This document shows, one piece after another, positions 27,463 through 41,252 of a DNA stretch of 64,000 bases. Position 1 is the first letter of the stretch. Each line of letters begins with the position of its first letter. The notes below the pieces were generated by a model. It ran no database searches. It was not told where the DNA came from and saw only the letters and a program-made list of their open reading frames with translations. The position numbers and the translations under genes are program-made. Origin of the DNA: the human T2T-CHM13v2.0 reference genome, Homo sapiens; NCBI RefSeq assembly GCF_009914755.1, contig NC_060948.1. One strand, given 5' to 3'.

Positions 27463-30400
27463 CCTGTCCATTACACTACATTCCCTTCCATTCCAATGAA
27501 TTCCATTCCATTCCAATCCATTCCTTTCCTTTCGCTTGCATTCCATTCTATTCCCTTCTACTGCATACAATTTCACACCATTCGTTCCCATTCCATTCAA
27601 TTCCATTCCATTCAATTCCATTCCATTTGTTTCCATTCTCTTCGATTCCATTTCTTTATATTCCATGCCATTCGATTCCGTTCTATTGGATTGCATTACA
27701 TTCGTGTTCATTCTATTCCAGACCATTCCATTTGACTCCATTCTTTTCGAGCCCTTTCAATTTGAGTCCATTCCTTTCCAGTCCATTTCACTCCTGTCCA
27801 TTACTATCCATTCCATACCATTCCATCCCATTGCATTCCATTCCATTCCATTCCATTCCATTCCATTGCATTCAATTCCATTCCCTTCCATTGCACTGCA
27901 CTCCATTCCATTACATTCTACTCTATCTGAGTCGGTTTTATTGCATTAGATTCTATTCCATTGGATTACTTTCCATTCGATTACATTCCATTCATGTACA
28001 TTGCATTCCAGTCAATTACATTCGAGTTCATTACATTACATTCCAGTATATTCCATTCTATTCGATCCCATTCCTTTCAATTCCATTTCATTCGACTCCA
28101 TTATATTCGATTCCATTCCACTCGAATCCATTCCATTAGAGGACATTCCATTCCAATGCATTCCATTCCATTCCATAGCATTCCATTGCATTCGATTCCA
28201 TTCCATTTGATGCCATTCCATTTGATGCCATTCCATGACATTCCATTCCATTCGAGTCCCTTCCGTTCCAATTCATTCCATTCCGTTTCATGAAATTCGA
28301 GTCCTTTCCAGTACATTTCATTCCAATCCCATCCAATCCAATCTACTCCATTCAATTCCTTTCCATTCCATTTGATTAGATTCCATTGATTTGATTCCAT
28401 TCAGTTTGATTCCATTCCGTGAAATTTTGTTCCATTCTATTCCATTGCATTACTTTCCATTCAATTCCATTCCATTTCATTTCAGTCCATTCGCTTCCTT
28501 TCCTTTCGATTCAATTCCATTTGATTCCACTCGATTCTATGGGATTTCATTCCAATCGATTCAATTCCATTCGATGACATTCCTTTCATTTCCATTCCAT
28601 TCGAGTCCATTCAATTTGAGCATTCGTGTCCATTCTATTCGAGTCCATTCCATTACCGTCTATTCTATTCCCTTCCATTCCTGTTGATTCAATTTCATTC
28701 CCTTCCATTCGATTCCTTTCCATTCGATTCCATTCCTTTCCATTCCATTCCATTCGTTCCCATTCCATGTGATTTCATTCCATTCCAGTCCATTATATTC
28801 GAGTCCACTCCACTCCATTCTATTACATTCAATTCCTTTTGAGTCCGTTCCATAACACTCCATTCATTTCGATTCCATTTCTTGCCAGTTTTCTTCCATT
28901 TTATTCCATTCCGTTCGATTCCATTCCATTCGATTGCATTCCATTCGAATCCTTTCCATTCCATTTCATTCCATTCCTTTCTATTCCATTCCATTTCATT
29001 CGATTTGATTCCATTCTGTTCTATTCCATTCAATTCTTTTTCATTCCATTCGAATCCTTTCTATTGCAGTCCATTCCATTCGAGTCCATTCCAATCCCTT
29101 CCATTCCATTCCATTACAGTCCATTCCAATAGATTCCATTCCTTTGCCTTCCATTCGAATCCATTCCATTCTAGTCCATTCCATTTGAGTCAATTCCATT
29201 CCATTCCATTCTATTCCTTTCCAATCCATTCGATTCCATTCGATTCAATTCCATTTGATTCTCTTTCATTCTATTTTATTCCATGCCATTTGATTGCATT
29301 GCATTCCATTCCGTTTGATTCCAGTCCATTCAAGAAAGTTCCATTCCAGTCCATTGCTTTCCAGTCCATTCCATTCCACTCTAGTCTATTCCACTCCATT
29401 CCTTTCCATTCCATTCCATACTATTCCATTCCATTCCTTTGCATTCCGTTTGCAATCTATTCGAGTCCATTGCATTCCAGTACAATCCATTCGATTACAT
29501 TCCTTTTGATTCCCTGCCAGTCGATTGCATTGCATACTACACCATTCCAAAGGAGTCCATTCCATTCTATCTCAACACTTTCCATTCCACTCTGTTCGAG
29601 TCCATTCCATTCCAGTCCATTTAATTCAAGGGCATTCCATTCCATTCCATTCCATTCCATTTCATATTATTCCATTCCATTCAATTCCATTCCAGATGAT
29701 TCCATTCCATTCTATACCATTGCTCTCTGTTCCATTCCATTCCATCTGTCTCCATTCCTTTCGTTTCGATTCCTTTCCATTCCATTCCATTACATTTGAT
29801 CCTATTTTATTAAATTGCATTCTATTCGAGTGATTTCCATTCGAGTCCTTTCCATTCGATTCCATTCCATTCTATTCCATTCCTTTGGATTCCATTCCAT
29901 TCCGTTCCGTTCACATCAATTCCTTGCGATTCCATTACATTCGATTTCTTGCCATTCGATTCCATTCCTTTTGACTCCATTTCATTCGATTCCATTCCAT
30001 TCCATTAATTTCCATTCCATTCGAGACCTTTCCATTGCAGTCTTTTCCCTTCGAGTCCATTCCGTTCGATTCCCTTCCATTCGATTCCATTCCATTGGAG
30101 TCCGTACCAGTCGAGTCCATTCTATTCCAGTCCATTAGTTTCGACTCCATTGCATTCGAGTGCATTCCATTCCGTGGCTGTCCATTCCATTCCGTTTGAT
30201 GCCATTCCATACAATTCCATTCAATTCGAGACCATTCTATTCCTGTCCATTCCTTGTGGTTCGATTCCATTTCACTCTAGTCCATTCCATTCCATTCAAT
30301 TCCATTCGACTCTATTCCGTTCCATTCAATTCCATTCCATTCGATTCCATTTTTTTCGAGAACCTTCCATTACACTCCCTTCCATTCCAGTGCATTCCAT

Positions 30401-31021
30401 TCCAGTCTCTTCAGTTCGATTCCATTCCATTCGTTTCGATTCCTTTCCATTCCAGCCCATTCCATTCCATTCCATTCCTTTCCTTTCCGTTTCATTAGAT
30501 TCCATTGCATTCCATTACATTCAATTCAATTCCGTGCTATTCAATTTGATTCATTTCCATTTAATTCCATTCCATTAGATTCCATTCCGTACGATTCCAT
30601 TCCTTTTGAATCCATTCCATTGGAGTCCATTCACTTCCAGAACATTCCATTCCAGTCGAATCCATTCGAGTACATTCCATTAAAGTTCATTACATTCTAA
30701 TACATTCCATTCCATTGCATTCCATACCATTCCATTCGATGCCATTCGATTCCATTCCATGCCAAATCATTGCATTCCTTTCCATTCCGTTCCTATCAAT
30801 TCCATTCCATTCGATTTAGTTCGATTCTATTCACTTCCATTCCATTCGATTCCATTCCATTGGAGTCAATTCCTTTCGACACCCAGCCTTTCCAGTCAAT
30901 GATTTTGGATTCCATTTTGTTGCATTCCATTACATTCTATGACATTCGATTCCGTTTCATTGCATTCCATTCCATACATTTTTATTCCATTCGAGACCGT
31001 AGCATTCCACTTTATTCCAGG
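27463..31021 (+). repeat. DYZ1 monomer 8 (3559 bp)
   Basis: GGCC at 27461 and 31020. Confidence 0.9.
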
Positions 31022-34000
31022 CCTGTCCATTACACTACATTCCCTTCCATTCCAATGAATTCCATTCCATTCCAATCCATTCCTTTCCTTTCGCTTGCAT
31101 TCCATTCTATTCCCTTCTACTGCATACAATTTCACTCCATTCGTTCCCATTCCATTCAATTCCATTCCATTCAATTCCATTCCACTTGTTTCCATTCTCT
31201 TCGATTCCATTTCTTTATATTCCATGCATTCGATTCCATTCTATTGGATTGCATTACATTCGTGTTCATTCCATTCCAGACCATTCCATTTGACTCCATT
31301 CCTTTCGAGCCCTTTCAATTTGAGTCCATTCCTTTCCAGTCCATTTCACTCCAGTCCATTACTATCCATTCCATACCATTCCATCCCATTCCATTCCATT
31401 CCATTCCATTCCATTCCATTCCATTCCATTCCATTGCATTCCATTCCATTCCATTCCATTGCACTGCACTCCATTCCATTACATTCTACTCTATCTGAGT
31501 CGATTTTATTGCATTAGATTCTATTCCATTGGATTACTTTCCATTCGATTACATTCCATTCATGTACATTCCATTCCAGTCAATTACATTCGAGTTCATT
31601 ACATTACATTCCAGTATATTCCATTGTATTCGATCCCATTCCTTTCAATTCCATTTCATTCGACTCCATTTTATTCGATTCCATTCCACTCGAATCCATT
31701 CCATTAGAGGACATTCCATTCCAATGCATTCCATTCCATTCCATAGCATTCCATTGCATTCGATTCCATTCCATTTGATGCCATTCCATTTGATGCCATT
31801 CCATGACATTCCATTCCATTCGAGTCCGTTCCGTTCCAATTCATTCCATTCCGTTTCATGAAATTCGAGTCCTTTCCAGTACATTTCATTCCAATCCCAT
31901 CCAATCCAATCTACTCCATTCAATTCCTTTCCATTCCATTTGATTAGATTCCATTGATTTGATTCCATTCAGTTTGATTCCATTCCGTGAAATTTCGTTC
32001 CATTCTATTCCATTGCATTACTTTCCATTCAATTCCATTCCATTTCATTTCAGTCCATTCGCTTCCTTTCCTTTCGATTCAATTCCATTTGATTCCACTC
32101 CATTCTATGCGATTTCATTCCAATCGATTCAATTCCATTCGATGACATTCCTTTCGTTTCCATTCCATTCGAGTCCATTCAATTTGAGCATTCGTGTCCA
32201 TTCTATTCGAGTCCATTCCATTACCGTCTATTCTATTCCCTTCCATTCCTGTTGATTCAATTTCATTCCCTTCCATTCGATTCCTTTCCATTCGATTCCA
32301 TTCCTTTCCATTCCATTCCATTCGTTCCCATTCCATGTGATTTCATTCCATTCCAGTCCATTATATTCGAGTCCACTCCACTCCATTCTATTACATTCAA
32401 TTCCTTTTGAGTCCGTTCCATAACACTCCATTCATTTCGATTCCATTTCTTGCCAGTTTTCTTCCATTTTATTCCATTCCGTTCGATTCCATTCCATTCG
32501 ATTGCATTCCATTCGAATCCTTTCCATTCCATTTCATTCCATTCCTTTCTATTCCATTCCATTTCATTCGATTTGATTCCATTCTGTTCTATTCCATTCA
32601 ATTCTTTTTCATTCCATTCGAATCCTTTCTATTGCAGTCCATTCCATTCGAGTCCATTCCAATCCCTTCCATTCCATTCCATTACAGTCCATTCCAATAG
32701 ATTCCATTCCTTTGCCTTCCATTCGAATCCATTCCATTCTAGTCCATTCCATTTGAGTCAATTCCATTCCATTCCATTCTATTCCTTTCCAATCCATTCG
32801 ATTCCATTCGATTCAATTCCATTTGATTCTCTTTCATTCTATTTTATTCCATGCCATTTGATTGCATTGCATTCCATTCCGTTTGATTCCAGTCCATTCA
32901 AGAAAGTTCCATTCCAGTCCATTGCTTTCCAGTCCATTCCATTCCACTCTAGTCTATTCCACTCCATTCCTTTCCATTCCATTCCATACTATTCCATTCC
33001 ATTCCTTTGCATTCCGTTTCCAATCTATTCGAGTCCATTGCATTCCAGTCCAGTCCATTCCATTACATTCCTTTTGATTCCCTGCCAGTCGATTGCATTG
33101 CATACTAGACCATTCCAAAGGAGTCCATTCCATTCTATCTCAACACTTTCCATTCCACTCTGTTCGAGTCCATTCCATTCCAGTCCATTTAATTCACGGG
33201 CATTCCATTCCATTCCATTCCATTCCATTTCATATTATTCCATTCCATTCAATTCCATTCCAGATGATTCCATTCCATTCTATACCATTGCTCTCTGTTC
33301 CATTCCATTCCATCTGTCTCCATTCCTTTCGTTTCGATTCCTTTCCATTCCATTCCATTACATTTGATCCTATTTTATTAAATTGCATTCTATTCGAGTG
33401 ATTTCCATTCGAGTCCTTTCCATTCGATTCCATTCCATTCTATTCCATTCCTTTGGATTCCATTCCATTCCGTTCCGTTCACATCAATTCCTTGCGATTC
33501 CATTACATTCGATTTCTTGCCATTCGATTCCATTCCTTTTGACTCCATTTCATTCGATTCCATTCCATTCCATTAATTTCCATTCCATTCGAGACCTTTC
33601 CATTGCAGTCTTTTCCCTTCGAGTCCATTCCGATCGATTCCCTTCCATTCGATTCCATTCCATTGGAGTCCGTACCAGTCGAGTCCATTCTATTCCAGTC
33701 CATTAGTTTCGACTCCATTGCATTCGAGTGCATTCCATTCCGTGGCTGTCCATTCCATTCCGTTTGATGCCATTCCATACGATTCCATTCAATTCGAGAC
33801 CATTCTATTCCTGTCCATTCCTTGTGGTTCGATTCCATTTCACTCTAGTCCATTCCATTCCATTCAATTCCATTCGACTCTATTCCGTTCCATTCAATTC
33901 CATTCCATTCGATTCCATTTTTTTCGAGAACCTTCCATTACACTCCCTTCCATTCCAGTGCATTCCATTCCAGTCTCTTCAGTTCGATTCCATTCCATTC

Positions 34001-34589
34001 GTTTCGATTCCTTTCCATTCCAGCCCATTCCATTCCATTCCATTCCTTTCCTTTCCGTTTCATTAGATTCCATTGCATTCCATTCCATTCAATTCAATTC
34101 CGTGCTATTCAATTTGATTCATTTCCATTTAATTCCATTCCATTAGATTCCATTCCGTACGATTCCATTCCTTTTGAATCCATTCCATTGGAGTCCATTC
34201 ACTTCCAGAACATTCCATTCCAGTCGAATCCATTCGAGTACATTCCATTAAAGTTCATTACATTCTAATACATTCCATTCCATTGCATTCCATTCGATTC
34301 CATTCGATGCCATTCCATTCCATTCCATGCCAAATCATTGCATTCCTTTCCATTCCGTTCCTATCAATTCCATTCCATTCGATTTAGTTCGATTCTATTC
34401 ACTTCCATTCCATTCGATTCCATTCCATTGGAGTCAATTCCTTTCGACACCCAGCCTTTCCAGTCAATGATTTTGGATTCCATTTTGTTGCATTCCATTA
34501 CATTCTATGACATTCGATTCCGTTTCATTGCATTCCATTCCATACATTTTTATTCCATTCGAGACCGTAGCATTCCACTTTATTCCAGG
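31022..34589 (+). repeat. DYZ1 monomer 9 (3568 bp)
   Basis: GGCC at 31020 and 34588; private 1-bp deletion at ~31227. Confidence 0.9.
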
Positions 34590-37500
34590 CCTGTCCATTA
34601 CACTACATTCCCTTCCATTCCAATGAATTCCATTCCATTCCAATCCATTCCTTTCCTTTCGCTTGCATTCCATTCTATTCTCTTCTACTGCATACAATTT
34701 CACTCCATTCGTTCCCATTCCATTCAATTCCATTCCACTCAATTCCATTCCATTTGTTTCCATTCTCTTCGATTCCATTTCTTTATATTCCATGCCATTC
34801 GATTCCATTCTATTGGATTGCATTACATTCGTGTTCATTCCATTCCAGACCATTCCATTTGACTCCATTCCTTTCGAGCCCTTTCAATTTGAGTCCATTC
34901 CTTTCCAGTCCATTTCACTCCAGTCCATTACTATCCATTCCACACCATTCCATTCCATTCCATTCCATTCCATTCCATTCCATTGCATTCCATTCCATTC
35001 CATTCCATTGCACTGCACTCCATTCCATTACATTCTACTCTATCTGAGTCGATTTTATTGCATTAGATTCTATTCCATTGGATTACTTTCCATTCGATTA
35101 CATTCCATTCATGTACATTCCATTCCAGTCAATTACATTCGAGTTCATTACGTTACATTCCAGTATATTCCATTGTATTCGATCCCATTCCTTTCAATTC
35201 CATTTCATTCGACTCCATTATATTCGATTCCATTCCACTCGAATCCATTCCATTAGAGGACATTCCATTCCAATGCATTCCATTCCATTCCATAGCATTC
35301 CATTGCATTCGATTCCATTCCATTTGATGCCATTCCATTTGATGCCATTCCATGACATTCCATTCCATTCGAGTCCGTTCCGTTCCAATTCATTCCATTC
35401 CGTTTCATGAAATTCGAGTCCTTTCCAGTACATTTCATTCCAATCCCATCCAATCCAATCTACTCCATTCAATTCCTTTCCATTCCATTTGATTAGATTC
35501 CATTGATTTGATTCCATTCAGTTTGATTTCATTCCGTGAAATTTCGTTCCATTCTATTCCATTGCATTACTTTCCATTCAATTCCATTCCATTTCATTTC
35601 AGTCCATTCGCTTCCTTTCCTTTCGATTCAATTCCATTTGATTCCACTCCATTCTATGCGATTTCATTCCAATCGATTCAATTCCATTCGATGACATTCC
35701 TTTCGTTTCCATTCCATTCGAGTCCATTCAATTTGAGCATTCGTGTCCATTCTATTCGAGTCCATTCCATTACCGTCTATTCCATTCCCTTCCATTCCTG
35801 TTGATTCAATTTCATTCCCTTCCATTCGATCCCTTTCCATTCGATTCCGTTCCTTTCCATTCCATTCCATTCGTTCCCATTCCATGTGATTTCATTCCAT
35901 TCCAGTCCATTATATTCGAGTCCACTCCACTCCATTCTATTACATTCAATTCCTTTTGAGTCCGTTCCATAACACTCCATTCATTTCGATTCCATTTCTT
36001 GCCAGTTTTCTTCCATTTTATTCCATTCCGTTCGATTCCATTCCATTCGATTGCATTCCATTCGAATCCTTTCCATTCCATTTCATTCCATTCCTTTCCA
36101 TTCCATTCCATTTCATTCGATTTGATTCCATTCTGTTCTATTCCATTCAATTCTTTTTCATTCCATTCGAATCCTTTCTATTGCAGTCCATTCCATTCGA
36201 GTCCATTCCAATCCCTTCCATTCCATTCCATTACAGTCCATTCCAATAGATTCCATTCCTTTGCCTTCCATTCGAATCCATTCCATTCTAGTCCATTCCA
36301 TTTGAGTCAATTCCATTCCATTCCATTCTATTCCTTTCCAATCCATTCGATTCCATTCGATTCAATTCCATTTGATTCTCTTTCATTCTATTTTATTCCA
36401 TGCCATTTGATTGCATTGCATTCCATTCCGTTTGATTCCAGTCCATTCAAGAAAGTTCCATTCCAGTCCATTGCTTTCCAGTCCATTCCATTCCACTCTA
36501 GTCTATTCAACTCCATTCCTTTCCATTCCATTCCATACTATTCCATTCCATTCCTTTGCATTCCGTTTCCAATCTATTCGAGTCCATTGCATTCCAGTCC
36601 AATCCATTCGATTACATTCCTTTTGATTCCCTGCCAGTCGATTGCATTGCATACTACACCATTCCAAAGGAGTCCATTCCATTCTATCTCAACACTTTCC
36701 ATTCCACTCTGTTCGAGTCCATTCCATTCCAGTCCATTTAATTCAAGGGCATTCCATTCCATTCCATTCCATTCCATTTCATATTATTCCATTCCATTCA
36801 ATTCCATTCCAGATGATTCCATTCCATTCTATACCATTGCTCTCTGTTCCATTCCATTCCATCTGTCTCCATTCCTTTCGTTTCGATTCCTTTCCATTCC
36901 ATTCCATTACATTTGATCCTATTTTATTAAATTGCATTCTATTCGAGTGATTTCCATTCGAGTCCTTTCCATTCGATTCCATTCCATTCTATTCCATTCC
37001 TTTGGATTCCATTCCATTCCGTTCCGTTCACATCAATTCCTTGTGATTCCATTACATTCGATTTCTTGCCATTCGATTCCATTCCTTTTGACTCCATTTC
37101 ATTCGATTCCATTCCATTCCATTAATTTCCATTCCATTCGAGACCTTTCCATTGCAGTCTTTTCCCTTCGAGTCCATTCCGTTCGATTCCCTTCCATTCG
37201 ATTCCATTCCATTGGAGTCCGTACCAGTCGAGTCCATTCTATTCCAGTCCATTAGTTTCGACTCCATTGCATTCGAGTGCATTCCATTCCGTGGCTGTCC
37301 ATTCCATTCCGTTTGATGCCATTCCATACGATTCCATTCAATTCGAGACCATTCTATTCCTGTCCATTCCTTGTGGTTCGATTCCATTTCACTCTAGTCC
37401 ATTCCATTCCATTCAATTCCATTCGACTCTATTCCGTTCCATTCAATTCCATTCCATTCGATTCCATTTTTTTCGAGAACCTTCCATTACACTCCCTTCC

Positions 37501-38138
37501 ATTCCAGTGCATTCCATTCCAGTCTCTTCAGTTCGATTCCATTCCATTCGTTTCGATTCCTTTCCATTCCAGCCCATTCCATTCCATTCCATTCCTTTCC
37601 TTTCCGTTTCATTAGATTCCATTGCATTCCATTCCATTCAATTCAATTCCGTGCTATTCAATTTGATTCATTTCCATTTAATTCCATTCCATTAGATTCC
37701 ATTCCGTACGATTCCATTCCTTTTGAATCCATTCCATTGGAGTCCATTCACTTCCAGAACATTCCATTCCAGTCGAATCCATTCGAGTACATTCCATTAA
37801 AGTTCATTACATTCTAATACATTCCATTCCATTGCATTCCATTCCATTCCATTCGATGCCATTCGATTCCATTCCATGCCAAATCATTGCATTCCTTTCC
37901 ATTCCGTTCCTATCAATTCCATTACATTCGATTTAGTTCGATTCTATTCACTTCCATTCCATTCGATTCCATTCCATTGGAGTCAATTCCTTTCGACACC
38001 CAGCCTTTCCAGTCAATGATTTTGGATTCCATTTTTTTGCATTCCATTACATTCTATGACATTCGATTCCGTTTCATTGCATTCCATTCCATACATTTTT
38101 ATTCCATTCGAGACCGTAGCATTCCACTTTATTCCAGG
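34590..38138 (+). repeat. DYZ1 monomer 10 (3549 bp)
   Basis: GGCC at 34588 and 38137. Confidence 0.9.
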
Positions 38139-41100
38139 CCTGTCCATTACACTACATTCCCTTCCATTCCAATGAATTCCAATCCATTCCAATCCATTCT
38201 TTTCCTTTCGCTTGCATTCCATTCTATTCTCTTCTACTGCATACAATTTCACTCCATTCGTTCCCATTCCATTCAATTCCATTCCATTAAATTCCATTCC
38301 ATTTGTTTCCATTCTCTTCGATTCCATTTCTTTATATTCCATGCCATTCGATTCCATTCTATTGGGTTGCATTACATTCGTGTTCATTCCATTCCAGACC
38401 ATTCCATTTGACTCCATTCCTTTCGAGCCCTTTCAATTTGAGTCCATTCCTTTCCAGTCCATTTCACTCCAGTCCATTACTATCCATTCCATACAATTCC
38501 ATCCCATTCCATTCCATTCCATTCCATCCCATTCCATTCCATTCCATTGCATTCCATTCCATTCCATTCCATTGCACTGCACTCCATTCCATTACATTCT
38601 ACTCTATCTGAGTCGATTTTATTGCATTAGATTCTATTCCATTGGATTACTTTCCATTCGATTACATTCCATTCATGTACATTCCATTCCAGTCAATTAC
38701 ATTCGAGTTCATTACGTTACATTCCAGTATATTACATTGTATTCGATCCCATTCCTTTCAATTCCATTTCATTCGACTCCATTATATTCGATTCCATTCC
38801 ACTCGAATCCATTCTATTAGAGGACATTCCATTCCAATGCATTCCATTCCATTCCATAGCATTCCATTGCATTCGATTCCATTCCATTTGATGCCATTCC
38901 ATTTGATGCCATTCCATGACATTCCATTCCATTCGAGTCCATTCCGTTCCAATTCATTCCATTCCGTTTCATGAAATTCGAGTCCTTTCCAGTACATTTC
39001 ATTCCAATCCCATCCAATCCAATCTACTCCATTCAATTCCTTTCCATTCCATTTGATTTGATTCCATTGATTTGATTCCATTCAGTTTGATTCCATTACG
39101 TGAAATTTCGTTCCATTCTATTCCATTGCATTACTTTCCATTCAATTCCATTCCATTTCATTTCAGTCCATTCGCTTCCTTTCCTTTCGATTCAATTCCA
39201 TTTGATTCCACTCCATTCTATGCGATTTCATTCCAATCGATTCAATTCCATTCGATGACATTCCTTTCGTTTCCATTCCATTCGAGTCCATTTAATTTGA
39301 GCATTCGTGTCCATTCTATTCGAGTCCATTCCATTACAGTCTATTCTATTCCCTTCCATTCCTGTTGATTCACTTTCATTCCCTTCCATTCGATTCCTTT
39401 CCATTCGATTCCATTCCTTTCCATTCCATTCCATTCGTTCCCATTCCATGTGATTTCATTCCATTCCAGTCCATTATATTCGAGTCCACTCCACTCCATT
39501 CTATTACATTCAATTCCTTTTGAGTCCCTTCCATAACACTCCATTCATTTCGATTCCATTTCTTGCCAGTTTTCTTCCATTTTATTCCATTCCGTTCGAC
39601 TCAATTCCATTCGATTGCATTCCATTAGAATCCTTTCCATTCCATTTCTTTCCATTCCATACTATTCCATTCCATTCCTTTGCATTCCGTTTCCAATCTA
39701 TTCGAGTCCATTGCATTCCAGTCCAATCCATTCCATTACATTCCTTTTGATTCCCTGCCAGTCGATTGCATTGCATACTAGACCATTCCAAAGGAGTCCA
39801 TTCCATTCTATCTCAACACTTTCCATTCCACTCTGTTCGAGTCCAGTCCATTTAATTCAAGGGCATTCCATTCCATTCCATTCCATTCCATTTCATATTA
39901 TTCCATTCCATTCAATTCCATTCCAGATGATTCCATTCCATTCTATGCCATTGCTCTCTGTTCCATTCCGTTCCATCTGTCTCCATTCCTTTCGTTTCGA
40001 TTCCTTTCCATTCCATTCCATTACATTTGATCCTATTTTATTAAATTGCATTCTATTCGAGTGATTTCCATTCGAGTCCTTTCCATTCGATTCCATTCCA
40101 TTCTATTCCATTCCTTTGGATTCCATTCCATTCCGTTCCGTTCACATCAATTCCTTGCGATTCCATTACATTCGATTTCTTGCCATTCGATTCGATTCCT
40201 TTTGACTCCATTTCATTCGATTACATTCCATTCCATTAATTTCCATTCCATTCGAGACCTTTCCATTGCAGTCTTTTCCCTTCGAGTCCATTCCGTTCGA
40301 TTCCCTTCCATTCGATTCCATTCCATTGGAGTCCGTACCAGTCGAGTCCATTCTATTCCAGTCCATTAGTTTCGACTCCATTGCATTCGAGTGCATTCCA
40401 TTCCGTGGCTGTCCATTCCATTCCGTTTGATGCCATTCCATACGATTCCATTCAATTCGAGACCATTCTATTCCTGTCCATTCCTTGTGGTTCGATTCCA
40501 TTTCACTCTACTCCATTCCATTCCATTCAATTCCATTCGACTCTATTCCGTTCCATTCAATTCCATTCCATTCGATTCCATTTTTTTCGAGAACCTTCCA
40601 TTACACTCCCTTCCATTCCAGTGCATTCCATTCCAGTCTCGTCAGTTCGATTCCATTCCATTCGTTTCGATTCCTTTCCATTCCAGCCCATTCCATTCCA
40701 TTCCATTCCTTTCCTTTCCGTTTCATTAGATTCCATTGCATTCGATTCCATTCAATTCAATTCCGTGCTATTCAATTTGATTCATTTCCATTTAATTCCA
40801 TTCCATTAGATTCGATTCCGTACGATTCCATTCCTTTTGAATCCATTCCATTGGAGTCCATTCACTTCCAGAACATTCCATTCCAGTCGAATCCATTCGA
40901 GTACATTCCATTAAAGTTCATTACATTCTAATACATTCCATTCCATTGCATTCCATTCCATTCCATTCGATGCCATTCGATTCCATTCCATGCCAAATCA
41001 TTGCATTCCTTTCCATTCCGTTCCTATCAATTCCATTACATTCGATTTAGTTCGATTCTATTCACTTCCATTCCATTCGATTCCATTCCATTGGAGTCAA

Positions 41101-41252
41101 TTCCTTTCGACACCCAGCCTTTCCAGTCAATGATTTTGGATTCCATTTTTTTGCATTCCATTACATTCTATGACATTCGATTCCGTTTCATTGCATTCCA
41201 TTCCATACATTTTTATTCCATTCGAGACCGTAGCATTCCACTTTATTCCAGG
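38139..41252 (+). repeat. DYZ1 monomer 11, internally deleted (3114 bp)
   Basis: GGCC at 38137 and 41251; ~440 bp missing at ~39650. Confidence 0.9.
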
